Of a stretch of 64,000 bases of DNA, positions 25,380-38,879 are shown piece by piece. Position numbers and translations under genes: made by a program. The notes below the pieces were generated by a model. The model was not told the origin of the DNA. It saw only the letters and a list, made by a program, of their open reading frames with translations, and did no database searches. The stretch is from Lepidodermella squamata. Taxonomy: Eukaryota; Animalia; Gastrotricha. Where the stretch lies: assembly GCA_047495785.1 (NCBI GenBank), contig JBLDXI010000004.1, forward strand, positions 558,001 through 622,000, written 5' to 3'. The first letter of the stretch is position 1; every line of letters starts with the position of its first letter.

Positions 25380-25680
25380 AAAATCGCTTTTCCATTCGCA
25401 GGCGCGATTTGTTAGTTTGCGTGGAAGCAAGTGTCCAAAATTGTACCGCTTTACAGTATTTGCTATTTGCTCCTATAATAGCCCGGGCTACTAATGTTTA
25501 ATTTTTGGCGAATCGTTCATTTCCGAACCGACTTGGCCTCTCAACCCCGGGCTACTATTAGGGATGGGCGATTATTAGTGGATGGGCTGCTATTGGAACA
25601 AATTCGGTATCATTTGTATTCCTGTTTTTATCAATAAAAAATACCTCACTCCCCTATAGGACAGCGTCGAAGACTTAAAA

Positions 25681-27707
25681 ATCTTATGGATCGCACGACC
25701 AACAAGTTTCATCCGGGAGTCATAGCAACGATCGATTGACCAATCAGCGTGCGCATTAGATCGGACTGTTAAGTGGTCACACAATGTTAAGTTCTAAAGC
25801 TCTCCAAGTTGACAATTATGCCAGAAAAATTCCGGAATAAATAATTTTTGAATTGTTGTAACCTTCTTCTAAGAGCTCGAATTTTCCCGCAATTTTTGCA
25901 CTCAACTAAGAATGTCCTAGTTTCATGACATCTCATGAATATATTCATATTATTGAAACTATCACCCTTTCCTTGGAGCTATTTTTGGAGCTTGTGAAAA
26001 AGGCGTCATTTTGGTCCGTTTTGAAGGAGAAACAGTCTCATTTCGCACGTGCGAAAAATTTCAGCTAGCGTCGCCTCAATCCCACCGTGCGGATCTTTTA
26101 ATTGTCACTATAAATTATAAGAACCTTCAAACTAATTTTGGACAACATAACTGTTGCTAGGACAAAGAGCGTGAACGTTTAATGAGGTGATTCATCTCAT
26201 CATTTTCAAAATTCAAAATGTGACCTTGGACCTTAATTTCTCTGACAACACTTTATTCTCGTTAGCAACCCAGTTGGAGCGTCCTAGCTAAGTCTCATGT
26301 TCGAGATAGGACATAGGATTGAGCAAATTTGCATTCGAAAACGACAATGTCACGAGACAACATCCAAACTATTTAGTAATGTTATCTTACTACAATCATT
26401 TTCTAAATTATACACCTAATAATAGGTTTTCAGAGCTAGTAAACTCATGTGACAGGATTATGTGCACATTTTGAGCGGATTCTGCCACTTCCCCTACATA
26501 GCTTTCATTCCCTAAATTTCATAGCTACATAGGTTCATTAAGACTGTTTTCAAGGCTCATTCCGAACAGCCACAATGCATCATTTAGGATAGCCTTAGTA
26601 GCCCATCATTATGGAGAATTATGGCCCATTAAGAAGAAATTATGACACGGCTAAAAAGGAAACCATAATGAAGCATTATGAACGCACCTTCAACCAAGCA
26701 AAGCCTCTAACCTCTTTTGACTTCAATTTTTATTTCTGAAACATTTCAAAGGTAGGGTACAGGTTCAAGGTACCCGATTTCCCGGACTTTTGGGACTATC
26801 GGAGCCCTCGCCAGGTTTTGCTAATGCAAGCCGCGGGCACTTTGGCCGCCAGGGTGTCCTGGTGGCACCCTTTAGCATCCCCCATAGCCGGTATATCGGC
26901 CATTAGGCTATGAAGAAATAATTATTTAGTCAAAAAATCCCATGCATCCGGGTCATTCGATGAAATAACTGTTAACCAGAATTTCATTTGCATATTCATA
27001 AATTTTCCAGCCAAAATTAATGAGGTCCTTGTTGGGGTTTGGGGTAAAGGAAATACCATTAATACTTCAATGGAGTATTAAGAAAGTGCAATCCAAATTC
27101 GAATATAAACATGTAAAATGGTGCATTAAGAACAATCAGCCACTTCTATTGTCTGGCTCAACACCGGCTGAGATAGTTTTTTTTACTAGGGTCATCAACT
27201 GAATTTTCAGTGAAACCAGTGATTCCGCAATTGTTTGATTGGTTGATATGAGGCCTGCAAAACAATGCAAAATGGCGCGGGAAATTTTCGAAAAATGACA
27301 GTAAATTGCAGGAAAATTGGCTGAAATGGGTAAAAATTAGCGCGAAATTTTGAGAAAGTGCGCGGGAAATTTCGCAGGTTTTGCAGCCCTTGTTGATTCA
27401 TGATTCATCAGACGTTTTCAAAAATAATAACCAAACTGTAATGTTGATTATCCAATAAGCTTCAATAAACCCCTGCCGTCAAAGAAAGGCACACAGAAAG
27501 TTTCGGGAAATTTAATTTCTAAGGCTAATTCTCAGGCTAATTCTGGACCTGGTGCTACTAGCAATGTAATGGTCGATGAAACCTCAACGCCGTCTCCCCC
27601 TGACTTTGTTCTATGCATAGTATGAATAAATTATTCTCCGTTATGTATTTCAACATTGTCTGGCGTTGTTTTCATTTTCTGACGGATTAGGTGTGCAATC
27701 AGCGCAC
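25681..27707 (+). repeat. Segment A copy 1 (~2.0 kb; repeated at 32070-34088 and 34468-36493)
   Basis: Identical ORF translations at offsets 6389 and 8787; sequence appears identical. Confidence 0.95.
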
Positions 27708-29624
27708 TCTGAACCGCATCCGATGTGGCGTTTTGGCATGCGAAGCTTGCAAGGTATACATCTATTTATATATGTTTCCTATAAAATCCCTACTAAATAA
27801 AGAGGAGTCATTCGCAATGGTTAATTTCACCCACATTTCCGGCCTAATGCAATTTGTCGCTTGAAAGTTGTCCTATTCTAGGCTTTACCTGACAATGTTC
27901 CAAACATTGATAGGCAATGACTCAGAATCGAGAAAGAGGCGTGTTACAAGCAAAATTGAAATAATTATAGTTTACCCTGGTTAATTAATTGCTTTTCCTC
28001 AGAAGTTTTATCAACGAAATCGCGAAAATGTCACCTTGCGTTGCGCGTCCGGAACTTTCGACTGTCTGCTGTCAGAGGACCGATCTGCCTTGACGAGTTC
28101 AGGAACCGTTTGGCGGCTAGTTTGCCCTCGATGCCGCTTGGCGAAATGTCTCGCGGTTGGCATGCGAATTCTCGGCCGGAAACCGAGTAAATCTTCCGTT
28201 GCTGGATCCTCAAAATCGAACCAAACTAGGCCTTCGACGCTGAATCCATCGGCTACGACCAACAATCGATCGAAAGAGTCATCGAGCAATATCGTTCGTG
28301 TTGCGACGTAAGAGACCGCGTTAGGCAGTACTTCCATGCTGTTTGTAATAAAATACTTGGTACTGGTAATATAAGCTACTTTTTATTTGCGGGTAATAGC
28401 ATCATTATTGCGGCGCATCCGATACCGAACGGTTGCAACGCTACCAGAATGCAGAATGCGTACTACGCACAAACGCTTCAGACAATTTCTCCGTTATCAT
28501 GGCTAAATTCTTAAGATTAACCAAATTTATCCTCCTCTTCTTGATTTCACCTTCGTTCCCTTCGAGCGTAGTCTAGGATAATTCTATCAATTTTATAATT
28601 ATAATATATAATATAATTTTTATTATTCAATTCTATCAATATCCATAACTCATAGGGTAAAGTCTCTGTCTCTCTCTCGCACTCTCTCTGTATAGTGACG
28701 TTGAACCATGACTATCCACCACTTATTGTTCAAACATGACCAGAGTCTGCGTTCGAATGGGCTTACTTTTTAGTTTCCTATTCCCGGAGCCTAATTTTAT
28801 GCGACCCATGCAGTTATCATCAGGAAAAATGCATATTACGGAAGTATGGACTATGAGCCAATTTTTCTACTATCATGAAAATGCCAAGAGAGCACTTATT
28901 ACGCGATTAGTTATAAACTATTTTGTGGTTATCCTTCTCCATTATCTCGCAGCTCACAGGCATTTCGATATATTTTTAAATTTTATTGCATGAATAAGCG
29001 ATCACGTATTTTTCTAATCGCATTTCATATTTTATCAAATATTAGCAGTTGAGCTGTTGCGACAAACTGAACTACAACCTTGCGCGAAGCTCGCGGAATC
29101 GCTGAAGCAGATTCGCAGCTCGCAGCCACATGAGGTCAATAGTAGAATCACCCAAAGTTTACGAAGTTCATTCGAGAATTGCTAGTATGACTTGTATCTC
29201 TGTATCCTAAGAAAGATAGCGGATTGCCTTGGTAATGTGATCTGGTTAGCAATTTAGCGATGATTGATGATTAGCAATTAGCAACGAAACCGCTGTATTC
29301 GAGAAATGTTCGACATGCAACTACTCGCTTGGCATGATACGACAAAACGTGACCCACCATTTGAGTTTGGGATTCACGATTTTTGCGCGGACTTCTTAAT
29401 GAAATAGTACGTCACATTTAGTCTGATGGTGTTGAACCGACGGCCAAAGAGCAAAATGCCACGGGCTAACAGTAGTTATCAAAGAAAGCAATCATGCGCA
29501 GAAGTATAATTTACAATGCACATCCACTTGATCATTTTAGCTGGAATCTTAACTATAATAAGGTCAATCAGGAATGCTTACGGCACTTCAATCTAATGGC
29601 GAGAATGCAGAATAACTTTCAGGG

Positions 29625-30082
29625 CAGTGTGGTCCAAAGTGTGACTCCCACGCCATTTTGACTCTTTTGGGATTTTTTTTACTCATGTGTGACTCCGATT
29701 ATTTTAATTACTGAGCCGAGCTTGACTCCGGAAAGAGTCACAAATAACCTAGCTAAACTTGACTCCGGCTCTGAGTTTGACTCCAAAATGAGATGCTTTG
29801 ACTCCACACTCATCAAAAAAGTCCAAAAAGTCGAAGAAATATCCTCAGCTGAAGCTCGCTTCGCTCGCAGGGAGCTATTTTTCTACAAGTTACAAAGGCG
29901 CAAAAAGAAAAGTTGCAGCGACAGGTGAATATAGAGAGAGAAATTTTCGAGCTAGAACGGGAATTGGAGTGATATTTAGACGTAACATTTACTGGTTTAT
30001 CGGCGTTTTAATGGTTTTAACTCTTTGGCCCAATTTTGACTCCGGTTGGTGACTCGCCATTTTCCGGCCGTGGACCACACTG
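29625..30082. mobile_element. hAT MITE nested in the ATAT element
   Basis: TIR CAGTGTGGTCCA, 8-bp TSD TTTCAGGG/TTTCAGAG (1 mismatch), many GACTCC subterminal repeats. Confidence 0.82.
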
Positions 30083-30380
30083 TTTCAGAGTTTCAGAGTA
30101 ATTGAAGGCAAATAAGTGGCGCGTACTTTATGATGAGAACGGTTTACGGGTAGATTTCTGGAGCAATGGAGCGGTTTGTTCTGCTTGTCAAGGCTAGATC
30201 CTAAATCAAAGCGCAGCTTTTTGGAGACAAATCTGATCTGCTCTCGGTATTGAAATTTAACACTTAATTCTTAATTGGTATCCAATAGATATAGACATTT
30301 TAAATGGAAGAAAAAAGCTAAACCATAGCAGTCAAAGCAGAATGAACCGCCATCACTGCGCCGTAGTCGTACCGTAGTCG

Positions 30381-30546
30381 TTAGCGTCGTTGAATACAAC
30401 TCGGATTAGGGCTTGTTCACGTCAGTTACAGACAGTTGACGGGTGACAAGTTTGCTTCCGTCTTCGTTCACATAAAAACTCTGCTATCACCTTTTACTTG
30501 TCACTGACGTAAACATGCACAAATCAGAGTTATTCAACGACGCTAA
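30381..30546. repeat. Imperfect inverted repeat (hairpin-type MITE)
   Basis: TTAGCGTCGTTGAAT...ATTCAACGACGCTAA with ~50-bp imperfect arms. Confidence 0.7.
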
Positions 30547-31690
30547 GCCATTTCTGGGGCTTATCAATTTAGTTATCGTTACTTAGTTAATTAGTTAACC
30601 AATGGAGTTTCGCCGTCAACGAAAATTGTTAGTTCATTTCGGTTTTAAGTGATACATTTTCAGAAAACTTTGAAGACCTCTTGTTTCCTAATTCAAAGAT
30701 TTATCCGCCAAATATTCCTGGGGCGAGATCTACTTTCAATAATATTACATGTGCATGAATATCATTCTATACTTTTTCGTAGAAATCAGAGGAACTTTTA
30801 ATTTAGAATGGCTCGTTTCTAAAATACGTAATAATAATTCATTAAAATCTTATTGCAATATCTCTCGCAGCTATTAAAGTAGTAAAGTACATCCTATTAG
30901 CTGCTGTGTTAAATTTTATATTCTGCATTGTTGATTAGGATTATTATACTTCAACTTTTACTCGAATTCGGCACTTGAGTAATAGCTGATTGGATAAAGA
31001 TTGGATATTGGATATGGATTGGGAATCGGAAATGGAAAATTACGGCGTAAGGTCGCTACTATACTATTGCAGAGTGCTGGCTCTTTCGATATATTCAACC
31101 TGTTATCGCCATTTCTGTTAAACAAAGTGTGATGAATTGTTCTCTTAGTTTCATTTCCTTTGTTCATTTTCAATTATTTCGCTGCATTGAAAATAAAGAT
31201 TTACGGCACCGAAACACGGATAATAATAGTTTTTCATTGGTCACGGCAGCTCGTTTTTGCTACCTGTTAAATCTGCAATCGAAGAATTCCAGAGAAGAAA
31301 GCGTGAAAAATTTGAAGAATTATAGGAATGATAGGCGAAAAAGCTGAATTTCTCTTTTCTCTCCAAGAGTCCAAGAACGCACGATAGCAATCGCAGCTAA
31401 TGGTAATTTTATAGCCCTTGAACCAAACATAGTAATTTGGGATGCAACCGCTCCCCAGTTGTAAACAACCGCAATGTAGCGGTATAATGATATATAGAAA
31501 TATGCGCTAGTACAGGCGGTCCCTTACGTCGCAACACGAACGATATCGACTCATTCGACTCACCGACTCGATCGTCGTCAGGTGTGCCTCGTAACTTGAA
31601 TGAGAGCAGTGAAAGCCGTCGATCGTCGGCTGAAACAAAGAAAGCCGTTAGTCGGCAGGGTAGTCGAAACAAAAACAGCCCGGATTCGCT

Positions 31691-34600
31691 ACCAATTGGG
31701 CTGAATTTGGAACAGCTCTCACCGGCTCATCAAAACCTGTTGCAGACTATGGCGGCTGGCTCGAGTGGCGTATCGGCATCGATTTCTGGTTCGAATCTTG
31801 CCGCCAGACCGCCGACGCCGCTTGCTTTAGCGAGTAAACCACCGATTCTACCCATTGCCATGGCGCCGCCGCCGAACCCAGCCTGGCTAGCAGCGATTAT
31901 GCAGCAAGGTACGCCGTTGCCCTGTGCAACTTTACCATTGGCGCCGCGATGCCCGATAACGTTGGAAGGAGCCAGACAGGAAGAAATGCTGAAGGTCATT
32001 GTTCAGGCGGCTCGCGAACTTTCACAACGCTATGAATCGGTATTAAAAATGACAGTGACATTTATGGACATCTTATGGATCGCACGACCAACAAGTTTCA
32101 TCCGGGAGTCATAGCAACGATCGATTGACCAATCAGCGTGCGCATTAGATCGGACTGTTAAGTGGTCACACAATGTTAAGTTCTAAAGCTCTCCAAGTTG
32201 ACAATTATGCCAGAAAAATTCCGGAATAAATAATTTTTGAATTGTTGTAACCTTCTTCTAAGAGCTCGAATTTTCCCGCAATTTTTGCACTCAACTAAGA
32301 ATGTCCTAGTTTCATGACATCTCATGAATATATTCATATTATTGAAACTATCACCCTTTCCTTGGAGCTATTTTTGGAGCTTGTGAAAAAGGCGTCATTT
32401 TGGTCCGTTTTGAAGGAGAAACAGTCTCATTTCGCACGTGCGAAAAATTTCAGCTAGCGTCGCCTCAATCCCACCGTGCGGATCTTTTAATTGTCACTAT
32501 AAATTATAAGAACCTTCAAACTAATTTTGGACAACATAACTGTTGCTAGGACAAAGAGCGTGAACGTTTAATGAGGTGATTCATCTCATCATTTTCAAAA
32601 TTCAAAATGTGACCTTGGACCTTAATTTCTCTGACAACACTTTATTCTCGTTAGCAACCCAGTTGGAGCGTCCTAGCTAAGTCTCATGTTCGAGATAGGA
32701 CATAGGATTGAGCAAATTTGCATTCGAAAACGACAATGTCACGAGACAACATCCAAACTATTTAGTAATGTTATCTTACTACAATCATTTTCTAAATTAT
32801 ACACCTAATAATAGGTTTTCAGAGCTAGTAAACTCATGTGACAGGATTATGTGCACATTTTGAGCGGATTCTGCCACTTCCCCTACATAGCTTTCATTCC
32901 CTAAATTTCATAGCTACATAGGTTCATTAAGACTGTTTTCAAGGCTCATTCCGAACAGCCACAATGCATCATTTAGGATAGCCTTAGTAGCCCATCATTA
33001 TGGAGAATTATGGCCCATTAAGAAGAAATTATGACACGGCTAAAAAGGAAACCATAATGAAGCATTATGAACGCACCTTCAACCAAGCAAAGCCTCTAAC
33101 CTCTTTTGACTTCAATTTTTATTTCTGAAACATTTCAAAGGTAGGGTACAGGTTCAAGGTACCCGATTTCCCGGACTTTTGGGACTATCGGAGCCCTCGC
33201 CAGGTTTTGCTAATGCAAGCCGCGGGCACTTTGGCCGCCAGGGTGTCCTGGTGGCACCCTTTAGCATCCCCCATAGCCGGTATATCGGCCATTAGGCTAT
33301 GAAGAAATAATTATTTAGTCAAAAAATCCCATGCATCCGGGTCATTCGATGAAATAACTGTTAACCAGAATTTCATTTGCATATTCATAAATTTTCCAGC
33401 CAAAATTAATGAGGTCCTTGTTGGGGTTTGGGGTAAAGGAAATACCATTAATACTTCAATGGAGTATTAAGAAAGTGCAATCCAAATTCGAATATAAACA
33501 TGTAAAATGGTGCATTAAGAACAATCAGCCACTTCTATTGTCTGGCTCAACACCGGCTGAGATAGTTTTTTTTACTAGGGTCATCAACTGAATTTTCAGT
33601 GAAACCAGTGATTCCGCAATTGTTTGATTGGTTGATATGAGGCCTGCAAAACAATGCAAAATGGCGCGGGAAATTTTCGAAAAATGACAGTAAATTGCAG
33701 GAAAATTGGCTGAAATGGGTAAAAATTAGCGCGAAATTTTGAGAAAGTGCGCGGGAAATTTCGCAGGTTTTGCAGCCCTTGTTGATTCATGATTCATCAG
33801 ACGTTTTCAAAAATAATAACCAAACTGTAATGTTGATTATCCAATAAGCTTCAATAAACCCCTGCCGTCAAAGAAAGGCACACAGAAAGTTTCGGGAAAT
33901 TTAATTTCTAAGGCTAATTCTCAGGCTAATTCTGGACCTGGTGCTACTAGCAATGTAATGGTCGATGAAACCTCAACGCCGTCTCCCCCTGACTTTGTTC
34001 TATGCATAGTATGAATAAATTATTCTCCGTTATGTATTTCAACATTGTCTGGCGTTGTTTTCATTTTCTGACGGATTAGGTGTGCAATACCAATTGGGCT
34101 GAATTTGGAACAGCTCTCACCGGCTCATCAAAACCTGTTGCAGACTATGGCGGCTGGCTCGAGTGGCGTATCGGCATCGATTTCTGGTTCGAATCTTGCC
34201 GCCAGACCGCCGACGCCGCTTGCTTTAGCGAGTAAACCACCGATTCTACCCATTGCCATGGCGCCGCCGCCGAACCCAGCCTGGCTAGCAGCGATTATGC
34301 AGCAAGGTACGCCGTTGCCCTGTGCAACTTTACCATTGGCGCCGCGATGCCCGATAACGTTGGAAGGAGCCAGACAGGAAGAAATGCTGAAGGTCATTGT
34401 TCAGGCGGCTCGCGAACTTTCACAACGCTATGAATCGGTATTAAAAATGACAGTGACATTTATGGACATCTTATGGATCGCACGACCAACAAGTTTCATC
34501 CGGGAGTCATAGCAACGATCGATTGACCAATCAGCGTGCGCATTAGATCGGACTGTTAAGTGGTCACACAATGTTAAGTTCTAAAGCTCTCCAAGTTGAC

Positions 34601-36486
34601 AATTATGCCAGAAAAATTCCGGAATAAATAATTTTTGAATTGTTGTAACCTTCTTCTAAGAGCTCGAATTTTCCCGCAATTTTTGCACTCAACTAAGAAT
34701 GTCCTAGTTTCATGACATCTCATGAATATATTCATATTATTGAAACTATCACCCTTTCCTTGGAGCTATTTTTGGAGCTTGTGAAAAAGGCGTCATTTTG
34801 GTCCGTTTTGAAGGAGAAACAGTCTCATTTCGCACGTGCGAAAAATTTCAGCTAGCGTCGCCTCAATCCCACCGTGCGGATCTTTTAATTGTCACTATAA
34901 ATTATAAGAACCTTCAAACTAATTTTGGACAACATAACTGTTGCTAGGACAAAGAGCGTGAACGTTTAATGAGGTGATTCATCTCATCATTTTCAAAATT
35001 CAAAATGTGACCTTGGACCTTAATTTCTCTGACAACACTTTATTCTCGTTAGCAACCCAGTTGGAGCGTCCTAGCTAAGTCTCATGTTCGAGATAGGACA
35101 TAGGATTGAGCAAATTTGCATTCGAAAACGACAATGTCACGAGACAACATCCAAACTATTTAGTAATGTTATCTTACTACAATCATTTTCTAAATTATAC
35201 ACCTAATAATAGGTTTTCAGAGCTAGTAAACTCATGTGACAGGATTATGTGCACATTTTGAGCGGATTCTGCCACTTCCCCTACATAGCTTTCATTCCCT
35301 AAATTTCATAGCTACATAGGTTCATTAAGACTGTTTTCAAGGCTCATTCCGAACAGCCACAATGCATCATTTAGGATAGCCTTAGTAGCCCATCATTATG
35401 GAGAATTATGGCCCATTAAGAAGAAATTATGACACGGCTAAAAAGGAAACCATAATGAAGCATTATGAACGCACCTTCAACCAAGCAAAGCCTCTAACCT
35501 CTTTTGACTTCAATTTTTATTTCTGAAACATTTCAAAGGTAGGGTACAGGTTCAAGGTACCCGATTTCCCGGACTTTTGGGACTATCGGAGCCCTCGCCA
35601 GGTTTTGCTAATGCAAGCCGCGGGCACTTTGGCCGCCAGGGTGTCCTGGTGGCACCCTTTAGCATCCCCCATAGCCGGTATATCGGCCATTAGGCTATGA
35701 AGAAATAATTATTTAGTCAAAAAATCCCATGCATCCGGGTCATTCGATGAAATAACTGTTAACCAGAATTTCATTTGCATATTCATAAATTTTCCAGCCA
35801 AAATTAATGAGGTCCTTGTTGGGGTTTGGGGTAAAGGAAATACCATTAATACTTCAATGGAGTATTAAGAAAGTGCAATCCAAATTCGAATATAAACATG
35901 TAAAATGGTGCATTAAGAACAATCAGCCACTTCTATTGTCTGGCTCAACACCGGCTGAGATAGTTTTTTTTACTAGGGTCATCAACTGAATTTTCAGTGA
36001 AACCAGTGATTCCGCAATTGTTTGATTGGTTGATATGAGGCCTGCAAAACAATGCAAAATGGCGCGGGAAATTTTCGAAAAATGACAGTAAATTGCAGGA
36101 AAATTGGCTGAAATGGGTAAAAATTAGCGCGAAATTTTGAGAAAGTGCGCGGGAAATTTCGCAGGTTTTGCAGCCCTTGTTGATTCATGATTCATCAGAC
36201 GTTTTCAAAAATAATAACCAAACTGTAATGTTGATTATCCAATAAGCTTCAATAAACCCCTGCCGTCAAAGAAAGGCACACAGAAAGTTTCGGGAAATTT
36301 AATTTCTAAGGCTAATTCTCAGGCTAATTCTGGACCTGGTGCTACTAGCAATGTAATGGTCGATGAAACCTCAACGCCGTCTCCCCCTGACTTTGTTCTA
36401 TGCATAGTATGAATAAATTATTCTCCGTTATGTATTTCAACATTGTCTGGCGTTGTTTTCATTTTCTGACGGATTAGGTGTGCAAT
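31691..36486 (+). repeat. Tandem duplication, 2 x 2398 bp (NHR exon fragment + segment A)
   Basis: Period 2398 (e.g. ORFs 33409 vs 35807); junction GTGTGCAAT|ACCAATTGGG at 34088. Confidence 0.93.
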
Positions 36487-36534
36487 CAGCGCAACTTTCA
36501 CAACGCTATGAATCGGTATTAAAAATGACAGTGA

Positions 36535-37538
36535 CATTTTTAATACCGATTCATAGCGTTGTGAAAGTTCGCGAGCCGCCTGAACAATGACCTTCAGCAT
36601 TTCTTCCTGTCTGGCTCCTTCCAACGTTATCGGGCATCGCGGCGCCAATGGTAAAGTTGCACAGGGCAACGGCGTACCTTGCTGCATAATCGCTGCTAGC
36701 CAGGCTGGGTTCGGCGGCGGCGCCATGGCAATGGGTAGAATCGGTGGTTTACTCGCTAAAGCAAGCGGCGTCGGCGGTCTGGCGGCAAGATTCGAACCAG
36801 AAATCGATGCCGATACGCCACTCGAGCCAGCCGCCATAGTCTGCAACAGGTTTTGATGAGCCGGTGAGAGCTGTTCCAAATTCAGCCCAATTGGTAGCGA
36901 ATCCGGGCTGTTTTTGTTTCGACTACCCTGCCGACTAACGGCTTTCTTTGTTTCAGCCGACGATCGACGGCTTTCACTGCTCTCATTCAAGTTACGAGGC
37001 ACACCTGACGACGATCGAGTCGGTGAGTCGAATGAGTCGATATTGCTCGATGACTCTTTCGATCGATTGTTGGTCGTAGCCGATGGATTCAGCGTCGAAG
37101 GCCTAGTTTGGTTCGATTTTGAGGATCCAGCAACGGAAGATTTACTCGGTTTCCGGCCGAGAATTCGCATGCCAACCGCGAGACATTTCGCCAAGCGGCA
37201 TCGAGGGCAAACTAGCCGCCAAACGGTTCCTGAACTCGTCAAGGCAGATCGGTCCTCTGACAGCAGACAGTCGAAAGTTCCGGACGCGCAACGCAAGGTG
37301 ACATTTTCGCGATTTCGTTGATAAAACTTCTGAGGAAAAGCAATTAATTAACCAGGGTAAACTATAATTATTTCAATTTTGCTTGTAACACGCCTCTTTC
37401 TCGATTCTGAGTCATTGCCTATCAATGTTTGGAACATTGTCAGGTAAAGCCTAGAATAGGACAACTTTCAAGCGACAAATTGCATTAGGCCGGAAATGTG
37501 GGTGAAATTAACCATTGCGAATGACTCCTCTTTATTTA
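36535..37538 (-). pseudogene. Inverted copy of the NHR intron/exon lacking the ATAT insertion (ORF 36418-37296)
   Basis: Reverse complement of ~27795-28292 plus 31547-32051; begins at a 35-bp fold-back hairpin; lacks the first zinc-finger exons. Confidence 0.9.
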
Positions 37539-37540
37539 CT

Positions 37541-38879
37541 TTATTTCACAAGCTCATGAAGCGGATGTTCGCTCGCCAATCGACCAAATCTGAGCCAAGG
37601 ATACTTTGTCGACAAAAAGCGCGACACTGCGCTAATTCTCGCTACATAAACAACCGGAATCACGATTGGCGTCGATAGGAAACATGCGTATAGGATATTG
37701 TGTGCAATGATGCAATACTCATCAAGTCGCCAGGAGCCGTCCGAAGTTTTGACTAGATAGGTCATTACAATTTCGTGGATGACAAACGGCATCCAGCATA
37801 CAGTGAATGCTGACAGCATAAGCACCGTTGTCTTGCTCAATTTCGCTATTTTCGCCCTGGTGCGTCCACTCGACCGACTGATAACTCGCCGGAAGCTCAA
37901 GTGGCATATGATTATAAAAGCCATAGCTAGTAACGAGATGATCATAACCAGAAACTCGAAAGAGTTTTCGTATAAACTATACGAGAAATTGGAGCACCAG
38001 TTCCAGTTACTGGAAACTATAATATTTTGATCATCCACGGCCAGAAATGCATTGAGGTAAAGATCAAGCAAGGAATCTATCGAAGTATTCAAGTGGCATG
38101 CTTCTGGCAGGTCTGACGTGAATGCGTTGAGATAAGAATTGAAAGACGAGGCGTTGCTGAGATCGATGAAAAATACCCCGTGATTGCTCTCGAAACTGTT
38201 CACGAAAGCAATAGGTTCTTGAACTCGAGCCCAGGCCATCCCCAGTATCGTCCGGTTGCAATTCGTATACTCAACAGCAATCAGAGTCTGTTGTGGCCGT
38301 GGCAACTGTGATTCCATATTCGCAATGGGTAGTATCACCTCGAATAGGACGTGACCAATTATAGCTGCTGACAAATAGGTAATCAGAGATGTGGTAGGAA
38401 TACAATAAGTCTTACTCATTAAAACAACTCCCATCAAAACGAGAAACGGAGCCTTCTTCACAATAAAGTGATTCGTGGCATTTTTATAGGCATGTGGATG
38501 TACCTGGTTAGAAAAATGGTTCTTGTAATGTAAAGTAGGGCTTCAAGGAATAACTCACGATTCCTATGAAATGGTCTGCAAACATTCCGCAGAGATTGAG
38601 CAGAAAAGACAGATAACCAGCCATTTCGAGGCTATGCTCCATTCTATGAGCACATTTGTTCGCTTTAGCGTCGATATCGAAGAGCCAGAACGATGCCGAT
38701 CTAACTAAGGACACCGCTCTCATGGCACAGATGTAGATCCCTGAGGCCAGAAGGCTCGCTAGGAACAGCCTGTAGTTCCGCCGGCGAATTTCTCCCTTGA
38801 TAACGCCTTCCATCGCGAAGGAATTAATAACTATAGCTATGACGAGGGTAACAACTTCAGCTACAGCTTTGTATGCCAT
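37541..38879 (-). CDS. Class A (rhodopsin-like) GPCR, 2 exons
   Basis: Exons 38879-38559 and 38503-37541; seven hydrophobic segments; ADHF (DRY position), CWMPF in TM6, PIVIPVVY in TM7; large second extracellular loop. Confidence 0.88.

Larger units (their letters stand above)
20552..25456 (-). mobile_element. Decayed pogo/Tc1-mariner element with a psq-type HTH remnant
   Basis: Imperfect TIRs TA|CCGTAAAATGGTACAATTTT and AAAATTGTACCGCTTTACAG|TA; internal GGTACAATTTTGGACA repeats; frameshifted MVRKQKKK/YTDEEMIDAITLVK...KWGISLGTFNNRV at ~21434-21240. Confidence 0.7.
28293..31542. mobile_element. Non-autonomous DNA transposon, 3250 bp, 4-bp ATAT TSD (Sola1-like, tentative)
   Basis: TIR CGTTCGTGTTGCGACGTAAG[A/G]GACCGC; ATAT at 28289-28292 and 31543-31546; the empty site GAGCAATATCGACTC is present in the inverted copy near 37040. 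Confidence 0.88.
27536..32060 (+). pseudogene. Nuclear hormone receptor (C4 zinc-finger DBD, P-box CEACKK), interrupted by a transposon and truncated before any LBD
   Basis: Exons 27536-27619 (..DFVLCI), 27691-27753 (VCNQRTLNRIRCGVLACEACK), 28003- (KFYQR...CASGTFDC...CPRCRLAKCLAVGM); the reading frame resumes after the insertion at 31543. Confidence 0.88.

Noticed and set aside
27020-27401. Thrice-repeated 60-aa and 64-aa ORFs (also at 33409 and 35807)
   Set aside because: They recur only because segment A is triplicated; no coding features.
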